A DNA stretch of 64,000 nucleotides from Diplonema japonicum (taxonomy: Eukaryota > Protista > Euglenozoa: Diplonemea): the NCBI GenBank assembly GCA_964019335.1, contig OZ025670.1:124001-188000 (forward strand), written 5' to 3'. This document shows, piece by piece, positions 45,017 through 57,835 of this stretch. The notes under the pieces are model-generated. The model was not told where the DNA came from. It worked only from the letters and a program-made list of their open reading frames with translations, and did not search any database. Every line of letters begins with the position of its first letter. Position 1 is the stretch's first letter. Made by a program: the position numbers and the translations under genes.

Positions 45017-48000
45017 ATGATTCATGATGAGAGCGATGTGATCATGAAACTGTACGCAGTGCACAGAAACATGAACAAACGGATGCGAGATTTGATAAAC
45101 CGGGCAAACACACAACGAATAGTGGGGAAAGAGTGTGTCCTACAATACCCGTTGACAAAAGAGCTCAGGCAGGTCTGCGCAGATCTCAGCGAGGTCAACC
45201 CTCTACTTCTCGATATGAAAACCGTTTTCGAAGCAAAAGGCAACGACGGTGTAATCGGCGTGCGGGAAGAAGAATTCCTGGAAACATTCGGCCCCGTTTT
45301 CCTCCCTGGCGGAAAAGGACCGGAACTGGCACAATGGTTCACATCCATCGACTACGACGCGAACGGCCTAGTGGGTTGGGATGAGTTCTGCAGTTTTTTG
45401 ATGTCGTCCCGCCACATCCCACAGCTCACAAACGAGCAGGAATTCTCCATCTCGCCTTGTTACTACGAGACAGACGGTCACCGTGATGTCATAACACATC
45501 TCATTCACAACCCTGACAACGATGTCTATTACTCAGCGGGAGTTGACGGCACCGTTCGCATGTGGTCACCTTCCTGTACGGCGCAGCCTTCTCGTGTGAT
45601 TCACCACATCCCGCACAATGCACTGCTGTCTGACATGCGATGGATTGAATCCATGAACAGGCTTTTAATCCTACAAAGCGATCGGACCGTCTTTGTGTAC
45701 GACTGCGGCGTGCTTGGTAGATCTCGGAGGAACGCCACTTTAAAAATCTTCAAAGGAGTCGACAATTTCACGCGGGACTTCACCAAACAGAAGCCGATGG
45801 CGTACCGTCTGGTGGAGAAGTCCGTCGAGAGCAAGTCGGAACACGGGTTCGGCCCCGACATGGTCGCCTCCTTAAAGGGCGAGAAGCGGAAGAAAAAACG
45901 AAAAACGCTCCACCAAAGCGAAAAAACAGAAGAATCAAACACCGCCGACAAGGAAGTCGTCGGCTCCGAAGCAATTCCTCTGTACGACCTCACCGGCACC
46001 ACCATGGCAATCGACTACGCAACATGGTCCAGTGCATACCTCCTTGGAACGGAAGGTGGTTACGTCAATTACTACTCAGCAAGAAGACTTGACTCAGGTG
46101 ACGAAGAGTACACACATAAACCTATAAACCGATGGCGTCCCCATACAGGATGGGTTACAAAGGTACAGGCCGTTGCTTCCTTGGATGGTTACATATCATC
46201 TTCAACAGATGAAACCATTCAGATCATGAATATCGAGAAGTCGCAAACGTACAGTAGAATGCGAGACGATTCTTCTGTGAAGTCTATTCACGGTTTGGCG
46301 CGGCGGGAGAACAAGGGTGTCTTCGGGTTCGATTACTCGCCGGAGTTGAACCTCCTTGTCTCGTGGGGGGAGAACCGGAAGTTTATAATCTGGAACCCAT
46401 TGACGGCAACGTGCCTCTTCCATCGCATGGAGCACACCCACCCGCTCACACAGGTTATGTTCAAACCTAACCACCAGCTGATATCAGTTTCCGTCGACAA
46501 AACTATTAAAATCTGGGACACCCGCACGTTTAAATGCATGCAGACGCTTGTCGACAAGCAGACCCGGCTCAATGAAAACCATTTCAGATGCCTCACATGG
46601 GACGACACAAGAAAGACCATTGTTACAGGCGATGCTGCTCCCGTCCTTTTCCGGACGCGGGTTATACAAGAACGCCTTGAAGCAGGCATTTCCATCCAGA
46701 AGCAGGTCACTGGGCATGTTCGCCCTGTTAATATAATTCTGCACAATGAGAGGTTCGGTCATATTGTAACCATCGACAGAGATTACATCCTGACGTGGGA
46801 TCTTACGTTGGGGAAACAGGTTGGTTCGTGGTGTCCCGAGATGATCTCTGCAGGGCACCACCGCCTCACCGCCGCTAGCCTCAGCGGTAATAAGAGACGC
46901 CTTGTCGTTTGCGTTGACGATGGCCACCTCTACATCATGAACTACATCCGGAAGATTACACTCAAAACCCTCGCCACAAAATGTCGGGAAGAAATGTCGC
47001 TGTGTATGTCTGTTACGACCAACCAGGGGATGGTGCACGCAGAACACTACATCATTGCTGCAGGCGCTGCGAATAAGATCCTCGTCTTCTCCGATGATCA
47101 GAAGTTCCACGCCGACACCGAGATGGACGAACCCCTCCACACGATGCCCTTGGGCAAGACGGGATTCGTGTCGGGAATGAAATTCATGGAACCAGCCCGC
47201 CTCATGGTCAGCACCAACAAAGGCTTCATTGTACTTTACAATTTGAACAATATGTCGCTCGTCGCTATATGCAACAACGTAGCTGGGTACTCCCTCCATG
47301 AGGGTACCGCAAATATGCGTCGTGCCATCACTGCCGCAACCGGTGCTTCTGTTGTCTCTTCGCAACAGACAACCAAGCTTGCGCAGACAGTGAACAAGAA
47401 TCGTAACGTGGTGGGTGCGTCGACCTTCACCGCTTTCCAAAGCCTCACGCAGAAGCACGTCACCAATCTGATCGAGAGTTTTGTCCTTCTCAACCCCACG
47501 ACAGTGGTCACACTGCACGGCAGTGGCGGCATCACTCTGTGGCGCATCGCAAAGGACACATTGCAGTCCTCCGCCGTGGTGTGCATCCCCGGTTCGCATG
47601 GTCCCGGTGAAGCGGCCAGAGCGTTTGAACTCTGTCCCTACAGCAACAGACTGCTTGTAGGCGACGACGAGGGGTACGTATCAGGCTTCAACTTCCAGGA
47701 ATATCTGAGCAGAGCTGCAAGGGAAGAAGCCTCGCTGAGAACGAAACCACCCGGACGGGCGGACGAAGAAAGCGTGACGAACGAAAAGATTAAAAAGAAA
47801 AGAGGGAAGAACACCGAAGCGCCGCGTGACCACGCCATACGCCTTGTGATGTCCTTCAAGGCGCACCAGTCGTCTGTGAACTCCATAACGACGTTGAAGT
47901 GCCAGAGCGAGAAACCATGCATCATATCAGGTGGCAGCGACTGCGTGGTGAAGGTATGGGACTCGGAAGGACATCACTTGTCGACGTTTGGAAACCGCGG

Positions 48001-48658
48001 TGGGTGGACTCATGTGTTCCTGCACGGCCACGAAGCAGCGGGTGAAGAAGAGATCCAAGATCTAGAACCCGACACAACAGGCTCCATCGCAACGCATTAC
48101 TTCCGCGTGCTTCACCCTTCTAACGTCAATGCACCTGCGACACTGCTCGGCGATGTGATAGCCAACAATACCCACAATGCCCGTCCTTCGGAGATACAAA
48201 TAAAGGAAGACACACCGCGTGACAAGGAGCCCGAGCCAATCAATCTCCCGCTCATTGGCGATTCGCGGGCTGAAGCTGATTCCTCTAGATGGAATGTTCG
48301 TCGGATGGTGGAGTTCTCCATCAAAAGAACGCGGGATCCTAGCTTGAAGCGTCATCTGGAGCTGCAGAAGATGGAACCCATTGGGGGTTTCAACGGGTTC
48401 GCAGGAACCATCAACCTGGCCATCGACAAGGTCAAGGACAGGCAGAAGTACAAAAACCCTACTTCGTCGCAATACTCGGCACTTGATCTGTTCAAACCAG
48501 ACCTTGCGGCACCCGGGAAGCGAAATGGTGACCACATGGCACCTGTTCCTGACGCCACTTCCATCTGGCTCGACACGAAGACTCGCTTCAACGTGCGATC
48601 CATGGGCACCACAGAGGTGTGCCGTGCATCTGGGTGTGACCACCCACTCGTAAAATGA
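45017..48658 (+). CDS. EF-hand + WD40 repeat protein (WDR49/EFCAB8-like, probably flagellar)
   Basis: EF-hand IDYDANGLVGWDEF; WD repeats (GHRDVI...DGTVRMW, SVDKTIKIWD, AHQSSV...DCVVKVWD). Confidence 0.88.
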   Translation: MIHDESDVIMKLYAVHRNMNKRMRDLINRANTQRIVGKECVLQYPLTKELRQVCADLSEVNPLLLDMKTVFEAKGNDGVIGVREEEFLETFGPVFLPGGKGPELAQWFTSIDYDANGLVGWDEFCSFLMSSRHIPQLTNEQEFSISPCYYETDGHRDVITHLIHNPDNDVYYSAGVDGTVRMWSPSCTAQPSRVIHHIPHNALLSDMRWIESMNRLLILQSDRTVFVYDCGVLGRSRRNATLKIFKGVDNFTRDFTKQKPMAYRLVEKSVESKSEHGFGPDMVASLKGEKRKKKRKTLHQSEKTEESNTADKEVVGSEAIPLYDLTGTTMAIDYATWSSAYLLGTEGGYVNYYSARRLDSGDEEYTHKPINRWRPHTGWVTKVQAVASLDGYISSSTDETIQIMNIEKSQTYSRMRDDSSVKSIHGLARRENKGVFGFDYSPELNLLVSWGENRKFIIWNPLTATCLFHRMEHTHPLTQVMFKPNHQLISVSVDKTIKIWDTRTFKCMQTLVDKQTRLNENHFRCLTWDDTRKTIVTGDAAPVLFRTRVIQERLEAGISIQKQVTGHVRPVNIILHNERFGHIVTIDRDYILTWDLTLGKQVGSWCPEMISAGHHRLTAASLSGNKRRLVVCVDDGHLYIMNYIRKITLKTLATKCREEMSLCMSVTTNQGMVHAEHYIIAAGAANKILVFSDDQKFHADTEMDEPLHTMPLGKTGFVSGMKFMEPARLMVSTNKGFIVLYNLNNMSLVAICNNVAGYSLHEGTANMRRAITAATGASVVSSQQTTKLAQTVNKNRNVVGASTFTAFQSLTQKHVTNLIESFVLLNPTTVVTLHGSGGITLWRIAKDTLQSSAVVCIPGSHGPGEAARAFELCPYSNRLLVGDDEGYVSGFNFQEYLSRAAREEASLRTKPPGRADEESVTNEKIKKKRGKNTEAPRDHAIRLVMSFKAHQSSVNSITTLKCQSEKPCIISGGSDCVVKVWDSEGHHLSTFGNRGGWTHVFLHGHEAAGEEEIQDLEPDTTGSIATHYFRVLHPSNVNAPATLLGDVIANNTHNARPSEIQIKEDTPRDKEPEPINLPLIGDSRAEADSSRWNVRRMVEFSIKRTRDPSLKRHLELQKMEPIGGFNGFAGTINLAIDKVKDRQKYKNPTSSQYSALDLFKPDLAAPGKRNGDHMAPVPDATSIWLDTKTRFNVRSMGTTEVCRASGCDHPLVK

Positions 48659-48831
48659 TTTGATTTGTTTCCACAGATCTATGTTTTTTCAGTTTCGCAA
48701 GTTTTCATTCAAACCAAAGTAGACAGTTTCTTTCTTTCTTTTTTTTTTTTTTTTGTATGTTCTGGCAATTTATTCTGGGTAGGGCCTTGTGAAGAATGCT
48801 GTAATGTCTGCCAGAGTGTGGTGGTTAAAGT

Positions 48832-51281
48832 GAACCTCCCTTTGTACTTTCCCACCTGTTCTTATGAGGTTGTGAAGGAATGGCGGGAGGCGAGATACCC
48901 AAAAGATAATGAGGGAGGAAGTGCACACCTCACCAGCTGGCCACACATCATGGCCTTGATTGGTCCCTTAGCTGCACGAGAGCTGTGGTCCTCTCCTTGC
49001 AGGCAAATAGTGGAGCAACCTTTTTAGGAAACCATGGCAGGGCTTTTTACAGTGCTTTGCGAAATGGGCCGTAAGGTCTGCGAGAGTTATTTTCTCAGCC
49101 TTTTGTGCCAGTGACAAGAATGATGACAACGAAGCACCCTCTCCGGTCTCCAGCAAAACCATGCGAGATACAGCGTTGCTTTTATACCCCGTTACCCGTC
49201 TGACTTTTCTTCATTTTGTTGCCTTTGGTTCTTCCCATTTATTTCTTAAACATATGATGACAAACCTTCACTTTAACATGCGTGTCTTTAACCTGACCTT
49301 TTGTGTTTGATGAATACCTTTAACTTTGGCTTGCTCTTTCTGACATGTTGAATAGGGCTCCGGACAGAGGTGATTACTTGTTGTAAGGAAAATGAAAATG
49401 TAGAAAAGAGCCATCAAATACCATTACTTCCTCTTCTCTGTAGTTAGTAAAGGGCCGCTTTGGTCACGAGATCATCATGGATCCGCTCTCCTTGCAGGCA
49501 AATAGTGGAGCAACCTTTTTAGGAAACCATGGCCGGGCTTTTTACAGTGCCTTGCGAAATGGGCCGTAAGGTCTGCGAGAGTTAATTCCTGCCTTCTGGT
49601 GTTTTTGTGGAAAAAAACAAATCTGAAACGAGTGATGACAACGAAGCACCCTCTCCGGTCTCCAGCAAAACCATGCGAGATACAGCGTTGCTTTTATACC
49701 CCGTTACCCGTCTGACTTTTCTTCATTTTGTTGCCATTGATTCTTCCCATTTATTTCTTAAACATATGATGACAAACCTTCACTTTAACATGCGTGTCTT
49801 TAACCTGACCCTTTTGTGTTTGATGAATACCTTTAACTTTGGCTTGCTCTTTCTGATATGTTGAATAAGGCCCTCCATGGACAAAGCAACAGAGATGATT
49901 ACATATAAGCAGTCTCCCTCTTCGTGAATGGTTTTGACGAGAACCTGCTATTCGAACCTAATTACATTTTCCGATGATTTCTGTGCGAAAGAGAGAAATG
50001 GATACGGAAAATGAAAGAAATGTAGAAAAGAGCCATCAAATACCATTACTTCCTCTTCTCTGTAGTTAGTAAAGGGCCGCTTTGGTCACGAGATCATCAT
50101 GGATCCCACTCTGGACCCGTGTGAGAGTGAAGACAATGATGAGGAAGTGCACACCTCACCAGCTGGCCACACAACATGGCCTTGATTGGTCCCTTAGCTG
50201 CACGAGAGCTGTGGTCCTCTCCTTGCAGGCAAATAGTGGAGCAACCTTTTTAGGAAACCATGGCAGGGCTTTTTACAGTGCCTTGCGAAATGGGCCGTAA
50301 GGTCTGCGAGAGTTATTTTCTGTATCTTTATCTTTTGTGCCAGTGACAAGAATGATGACAACGAAGCACCCTCTCCGGTCTCCAGCAAAACCATGCGAGA
50401 TACAGCGTTGCTTTTATACCCCGTTACCCGTCTGACTCCTTCCGGACCTGCTCTTCGAACCTACTTCCTTGTCTGTGTCCATGGCTCCCTCCGTGCTGGT
50501 GGGCGATGAAGATAAGGAAGCCCATGGCAGGGCTTGCACAGTTCAGCTCGCGAACCTCCCTTTGTACTTTCCCACCTGTTCTTATGAGGTTGTGAAGGAA
50601 TGGCGGGAGGCGAGATGCAGGCAAGTAGTGCAGTTTAACAGACGAACGGAGATGATTACATATAAGCAGTCTCCCTCTTCGTGAATGGTTTTGACGAGAA
50701 CCTGCTATTCGAACCTAATTACATTTTCCGATGATCCACCGTGGGGAGAGTGCAGAGGATTCTGAGGAACGTGGCAAAGTTTGTGTGCTGAAAACACAGC
50801 TCATGCAGTGAACCTCCCTTTGTACTTTCCCACCTGTTCTTATGAGGTTGTGAAGGAATGGCGGGAGGCGAGATTGAAGAAGAGGAAGAAGATGAGGGAG
50901 TGCACACTTCACCAGCTGGCCACACAACATTGCACGAGAGCAGTGGTCCAGGAAAATAGTGGAGCAACCTTTTTAGGAAACCATGGCAGGGCTTTTTACA
51001 GTGCCTTGCGAAATGGGCCGTAAGGTCTGCGAGAGTTATTTTCTATTTGTGTCAGGAAAAAGAATGATGACAACGAAGCACCCTCTCCGGTCTCCAGCAA
51101 AACCATGCGAGATACAGCGTTGCTTTTATACCCCGTTACCCGTCTGACTTTCTTCAGTTCCTGGTGCTTTATTGCCTCCCTTCCCAACAACATGATGACA
51201 AACCTTCACTTTAACATGCGTGTCTTTAACCTGACCTTTTGTGTTTGATGAATACCTTTAACTTTGGCTTGCTCTTTCTGA
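48832..51281 (+). ncRNA. snoRNA array 4 (A,C,B,CD1,CD2,D,B,CD1,CD2,CD3,D,C,B,CD1,E,A,CD3,A,Cpartial,B,CD1,CD2)
   Basis: Same modules; ends exactly at the box D CTGA of CD2. Confidence 0.9.
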
Positions 51282-51331
51282 TAAACAAAGTGTCAATTGT
51301 GAATTGAAAACAACACAAACTCCAGGTGACA

Positions 51332-53223
51332 ATGTACAGGATATGTCTGCTACTGCTGGTGGCGATAGGAGGTGCTGAGAAGGTGTACTTCACTACGAAT
51401 GAAGGGCTGCACGTCATGGGGGTGGATGGCAGTGGGCAAGAACTGCTGGCTGCCTACACGAGCAGCGGGATGTGCAAGGACGGCGATGCGCTAGCTGTGG
51501 ATGAGTCGCTCACGACGGCAGTAGTTGTGTGCAGCACCAGCGTGTTCACTGTGAACTGGCGGCAGGGTAACAACTGGATAGACATTGACCTTGGCTACTC
51601 GGGGAACTCCTACAAGGGTGTTGACATCGACCTTGACATCCATGTGGCCTATGTGAACGTGTTGCTGTCAGCAGGATGGAGTGTGCAGCCATACTCCCTC
51701 CAAGGTTGCGACTGGCCCCAATCCGCCTGTTCCCAGAACCCCGGCTGCACCTGGAAATCTGATAAGTGCTCCCGGTACACTGGCAGCGAGGCGGCCCTCA
51801 TGAGGATCGGCACTCGTCTCGACAGCGGCGGCTCCATCAGCATCGACGCTGACACCAAGAATGTCTACGCAACATGGGTGAACGCCAACAGCTTGAAGAG
51901 TAGCATCTCATACCAGGACCCCAAGGGCTCACAGGCCTATCTCACACCCATTGTGACTAAAGAGCAGTTGCTCGACAACTTCATCATTACAGGCATACAA
52001 GCCATCAACGGCTCGCTGTTTGTGGGCTTCCACACAGGCTCCGGGACGGCGCTTTACAAGTACGAGTTGGACGGGTCGCGCATTCTCATCCACGAGCGCT
52101 TGCCCTTGGCGGGGCGCTCCTACGACCTTGGCATGGGCTTCTACGCGATGCTGTCGGCAGACGAAGTGATCTACGCAGCAGGCAGCAGTGTGCTGCGGCA
52201 GGTGCTTCCATGCCCATCGATACCATGTGCCACCCCACCCACAGAGGTGTTCGTACCAACTATCACTCAGGGGGCTGTTTCAACTTTGTACTACAAGGAG
52301 GCCCCACCACCACCCCCAACACCCACCCCGACCTTAACTCTGGGTGAGGAACCCACAGAGACTGTTGTAATCACGGAGACGGTGCTGCCGCCGCAGATGC
52401 CGCCTGCACCGGATGCAGCGTCGGCACCAGTTAATTCACCGGCCGCTGACCCTATTGTCACGCCGCCGGCGCCTGGTGCTGACCCTGCACCGCGGGTTCC
52501 TGTCCCTGGTGCACCATTTGACGTAAACAGTACCCAAGGGTCGCCTGTGGCAGTGCCTGCTGAGGAGGCCGCAAGCGACAATTTAATGTATATAATCATC
52601 GCAGGGTGTGCGGTGTGTATAGTGCTTTTGGTAGGAGGGCTGCTGTGCTGCAGGAAGAAGGGGAGTGAGAAGCACACAGCGAAGCAGTTCCACATGGACG
52701 AGCTGCACGACACGACTCAGGAGAAGTCGCCGTACTTCTTGGGCTTCGGGGACGTTAAGAAGACAGGGAACGAGAGTGTGAAGGGGAATCCTTTGGACTT
52801 CCTCCCACACGAGGATGTGCACCACGACTTGAACACCACGGCTAGCCACTATGAGGAGCTTCACCATGTGTCACACTCGGACTCCCCCCATGCTATGACG
52901 CACAGTGGGGGGACTTTCAGCAACCCTGCTACCCCCATCACGCCTGCTTCAACTGTTTCCGTCAAGCGTGCAGTCACAAGGGGGCATCATTCTCATTCGG
53001 TGCACACTCCAAAAGGTGCTACACCTACTCACATGACCCAGTTCCCCCGTGGGAGTACCAACCCCGGTACTCCTTACTCCGCTCGTTCTTTGCACTCAAA
53101 CAGACAGCGCGGGCAGACACGGGTGAATCACTCGGGATATGTATGGAAGAAAATGAAATAAAAATAAAAAAAAAATACATAACCATTCTAACACAGAACC
53201 GTCAATCAGTGATCCTTTCGTGA
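51332..53223 (+). CDS. Type I surface membrane protein (signal peptide, beta-propeller-like ectodomain, Pro/Thr stalk, TM, His/Ser-rich tail; intron 53141-53196)
   Basis: MYRICLLLLVAIGGA signal peptide; PPPPPTPTPT stalk; TM YIIIAGCAVCIVLLVGGLLCC followed by RKK. Confidence 0.85.
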
Positions 53224-53588
53224 TCATTGGTAAAGCAAGAATGGAAAAAGTAGAGAACAAACAAAAAAAAAAACTTTTTTTTTTCCGACAATCCCCCCTC
53301 CCCTCCCCTCACTCACTCATTCATTCATTCCCCCATCTCCCCCCCCCCCCCCCCCCCATTCTCTCTGCTATTCTTTTGTGATTCTTGTCCTTGTTGCCAA
53401 CAGCATCGTTTTTTTTTTTTTGTATGTCCCATATTCTTTTTTAGGGAAAAGAAAAAAGAAAAAGAAGAAGAAAAAAAAAAACAGAAGAATGTGGCGAAAT
53501 GAGTTATTGAGCAATCACCTTCCCGACCTCTTATTTTTCTTAGGGGGATGCTCCAACCACCGATACGGAAAGGGGGAAAAAAACTTTT

Positions 53589-53625
<37 letters not shown>

Positions 53626-55817
53626 CCTTTTAATTTCCCTGCCTGGGGTTTTACAGTGTCCCACCAAAGTGACGCCGCCCCAGTCGTATCCTCGGTTGAT
53701 AAGTATACTTTTTTTAAGGGAAAAAAAAAAAAAAAAAAAAAGAACAAAGCAAAACAAAAACAAAAACAAAAAGAATGGATCTTCTACCTACCTCTTTTCT
53801 TCTTCTTTTTTTTTCCCACCTTTTTTTTCCCCCTGTAGTTGTTAAGAAGTGCGTTGGCAACCACTCACTTCGCTGCTTTGTATCATGGTGATTCTTTCTT
53901 TTTTTTTTTTTCTTCTTCTTTTTTTTTCTGAGTCGTTAGAAGAATTATTGGAGGGGTTTATAGCACCTTTTTTTTTTTACCCTCTTTCTTTGTACCTCCT
54001 TTTTTTTCTTCATAACGCCGCCAATAAATAGACAGATGGGCTTCACTTTTTTTTTTTAAAATATTTTTTTTGTAAAAATCTTTTAAATAATTTCAAAAAA
54101 AAAAAAAAAAAGAAAACGGTTGGTAACCACAAAATTATAGTTTTTTTTTTTGTTCTCTTGTTGCTCAACCCCCCCCCCCCCCCCCTCCAAATTTTAAAAA
54201 TAAAAAAAACAAAAAAAATTGCGTGGTTCCGATGCAACTCCGATTACTACGCTGAAAAATCCTCTAAATACATTTGCAAGCAAAAAAAAAAAAGATTTCT
54301 TTTTTATTTTCCCGGCTTGAAAAAGAAAAAAGAAGAAAAAAAAAATAATAAATAGATAGAAGAAAGGGGAGGGAGCAAAATTTACTTTTTTTTTTTAAAA
54401 AGTTGTTTTTTTTTGTTTCTAACATCCATTATCTTTCCTCACCCCCCCCATTTTTTTTTGAGCATACATACAAAAATAAAATAAAGTTCCTTTTTCTAAT
54501 ACGGGAAAGAGTCACATGCTAACTCTTGGCTACAAACTGAAATGAACTCTGAACACGTACAACGAAGTTCCCCGCCTGTGACAGTTAATGCCACTCCTTA
54601 GCCTAGTTCACACATGCTTCGGGTGAAGTTAGCATTTGACTTCACTTTCCTGTAATGATGTTTTATTATCCCCCCCCCTCTCCCCTCCCCTCCCTTTTTC
54701 CCCATCCTTGCTTAAATGCAGGTTGTTCATATGGATTTTTTTTTTTTTTTTTCAAAATTAGGAAAACGACCAAAAAGAGAGAAAAAAAAAGAAAGAAATG
54801 AGCGAAAGAAAAGAATTCATGGGGGGGTTTTTTTTTTTCTTCTTCCTTTTTTTTTTCCCCGTTTGTTTCTGTAGTTCGCAGTAGTACGTGGTGTGTGTGT
54901 TTTTTTTCTTTTTTTTTTTTTTCCTTTTTTTTTTTTTTTGCTCTGGGGAAAAGATAAGAATAAAAGAAGCGCAATTCGTAATCCTTTAGCTGCATATATC
55001 TGCTATGAGATAGTGCTACGGCCTTCTTCAAACATGAAGGAAAAACAAGGGACAAGTATAGAAACTGAGCAAGAACGCACACCACCCCCCTCCCCCCCCG
55101 CTTTTCTTTTCTCTTTTTTTCTCTCTCCCTTGGGGCTTTCCAAGAGAACAAGGAAGAGAGAAGAGGGGGGAAATATATATATGAACTCGTCCGGAAGAAG
55201 AAGAAAAAAAATGTCAACACTACACCATGAGCGTGGCAGGCTTTGCAACCGGTTGTCCCGGGGAAGCGAAAAACAAAGGTCCGACAAATAGCGGAACATG
55301 TCTAAAATGCAATTTTAAAGCTTGAAATACAGCACCTAAAAGTGGTCCACATACACACTTGTGACCCCTGGGTACACGAAAAACCGGTTTTTTAAGACCT
55401 TTTTCTTTTTTTTTTCTTTTTTTTTGCTTTTTCGAGGGGTTCCTAAGGGACCTTGGCCTATAAACGGCAATTCTGAACACAAAGTGGTGTTGGACTACTT
55501 TTGTAATTAGAAACCTTCAGAGGGGTTTCCGTTGCAAAAGAGGGTCATTTGTTGACATTTTCCCCCGGACAGACACATAGAAGAAAAAAAAAAAGAAGAT
55601 AGAAAAGGCTGGTGCAACAACCTACCTTTTCAACTGCCGAGTCATGCGATTATGGGGGGGGGGGGGGGGGGGGGTGAAGGGGTCAAACATAACTTTTTTT
55701 TGTAATATGATTTTATGGAGGCTGATAGCCTGCTGCGCCCAAAGAAAGAAAGCAAAAAAAAAAAAAAAAAAAGAAAGAAAGAAAAGAGGAGGGAACTAAG
55801 TACGTTTTGAATGAGTA

Positions 55818-57449
55818 CTGTAAAACGAAAAACTCCCGGACGGAAAAATGTCCGAGTTTTTTTGGCGTCCGGGAATTTTTCCGTCCGGGAGTTTTTCCGT
55901 CCGGGAATTTTTTTTAGGTAAGGCCGTCAGGGGGCCTGGTCCACTACCACCTACATACTGGCCTGGGCTGCAAACGGCAACCGCGCGAAGAAACCCCCAG
56001 GGTTCCCTTTCTGCATCTTTGTCCTCCCTTGCTGCCCTGAGGCAATCAGCTTGTCGAGCCTTCGTGTGGCCTACTACCTTTCTTAATAGATGCTTTACAG
56101 CTGCGTTCAACCCAACATCCATCGGTTGAACCATGTAGGTGAGCCCAGGGGGACAAAAGCAATGTGCACGTTTGCGCCTGCGAACCACTCTACGAACCCA
56201 TAGGCATAGGTCGTGTGAGAGTTGTGGTCGCCGACAAGCAGCAGAATCGGCCCGTTCGGCAAAACCAGCAAAAAGGAAGAAACAGCTCCGTAACCCAGAT
56301 ACCGAGTATCATAATTAGCCCAATGATTGGGCGATGCCGTTAGGCTCCATTCGGTGGGCGGGTGCTTGACCGGGGCATCACCGGATAATCCCTGCCGGTT
56401 GCGTTTCCGCTTTGCCTTTGTATTTAACCATCCAGCCAAGGAAACAGCCAGCTGTTCGGTTATAGCCCGTTTTGTCCAAAGCCACGGACTTTTACGACCT
56501 TAGCCCCCCTTTTTGTTTTGGTTTTTAACCCCGTATTCCAGACCAATTCCGGCCTTACTTTATGGGTGTCGATTATGGACCTGAATTCCATGGTGAAACA
56601 GCGTGCCTTCTTCGTTGTCCTTCTCGTTTCCGGGCTTTCCGGAGGTGGCTTGCGGCTTTTGTCTTTCTTGCTGCAAAGTTTTGTCAGCCTAGCCAGTGGA
56701 AAAGGGCAGTGCCCCACCAAAGTCTACCAGGTCTGTCTTTCGGGCTGGATTGGCGCACAGCAGCCCTTCTGCATAGGTGCATATTTGTTGTGCTGGGATA
56801 GGCTCACCAAGCCCGTTTACCTATCGACTCAAGCAAAAATCTTTCAGCCCCCGAAGGATGCTAAATCCCGTATTGGGCGATACGCTGCTATCACGGCGTC
56901 GCGGCGGCCAGGGTGTGGTAGGGTGGAATAGCAACGTCCAGTATTTCCGTCTGGAAGAAACCGGGGGCTCTGTTGAACCTGTTGCTGCCGTCTTCTGACC
57001 GAGGCAGAGGCCGCCAAGCTGCTTTCGGGGGTTTGTACTGGCCCGGTGTAAGGAGTTTATCTCCTCCACCTCTCGGGGGTGAGCTGGCCGGGGGTGTCAG
57101 CACCAAAGTTGGGCCCCTCACAAGCCAGCTGCTCAACGTGCCTTGGGTAGTCGAACTGGTCAATCTGACGAAAGAAGTACGGGTTTATGAGAAGTTAAAG
57201 ATCCCGTGGGTGCTGTTTGTTGGTGCATTGAAAGGGGAAGAAAAATTCAAACTGCCACGCAGGGTGACATTTTGGCTCTGCACAAGGAATAAAGCCCTTC
57301 CAGGCAAACGTGGTGGGAGCTGCTACCCCCCTTAAGTAAAAAAACTTCTTCCCAGAAAAACTCCCGGACGGAAAAATGTCCGGGTTTTTTTGGTGTCCGG
57401 GAGTTTTTCCGTCCGAGAATTTTTCCGTCCGACATTATTCGTTTTACAG
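55818..57449 (-). mobile_element. Degenerate pogo-like (Tc1/mariner superfamily) transposon
   Basis: TA|CTGTAAAACGAA ... TTCGTTTTACAG|TA; subterminal aaaaactcccggacggaaaaa repeats at both ends. Frameshifted DDE_1 remnants on the minus strand: LLLVGDHNSH and PPGLTYMVQPMDVGLNAAVK. Confidence 0.88.
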
Positions 57450-57835
57450 TATTCTTAATTAGTATTTTTTTTTTTGTTCACCGTGGCAGCCCACCGCCCT
57501 CAAAGAAAAAAGAAGAAAAAAGAACACGAAACAGAAGGAGGAAAACTTAAGACTTTTTTCACTACGGTTAAGGTGAAAGGGTGGGGTGGGAGGGAGTGAT
57601 CCCTCCGACCTCCCACCCACCCTCTCCCTCCCTGTTCTGAGTTTCCCCCCCCTCCCCTCCTCCCCCCACCTTTGCACCCAAGAAAATGCAAGATATCTAC
57701 TTCATCTGTTGATATTAAATTGTTCTTTATTTTTGTGCTTTTTCTTTTTTTATATTTTGTTCGGCAAAAAAAAGATGAACAAAACAGAGGGAAAGAAAAA
57801 GATTTGTTAAAAAAGAAATTATATAAAAAAAAAAA

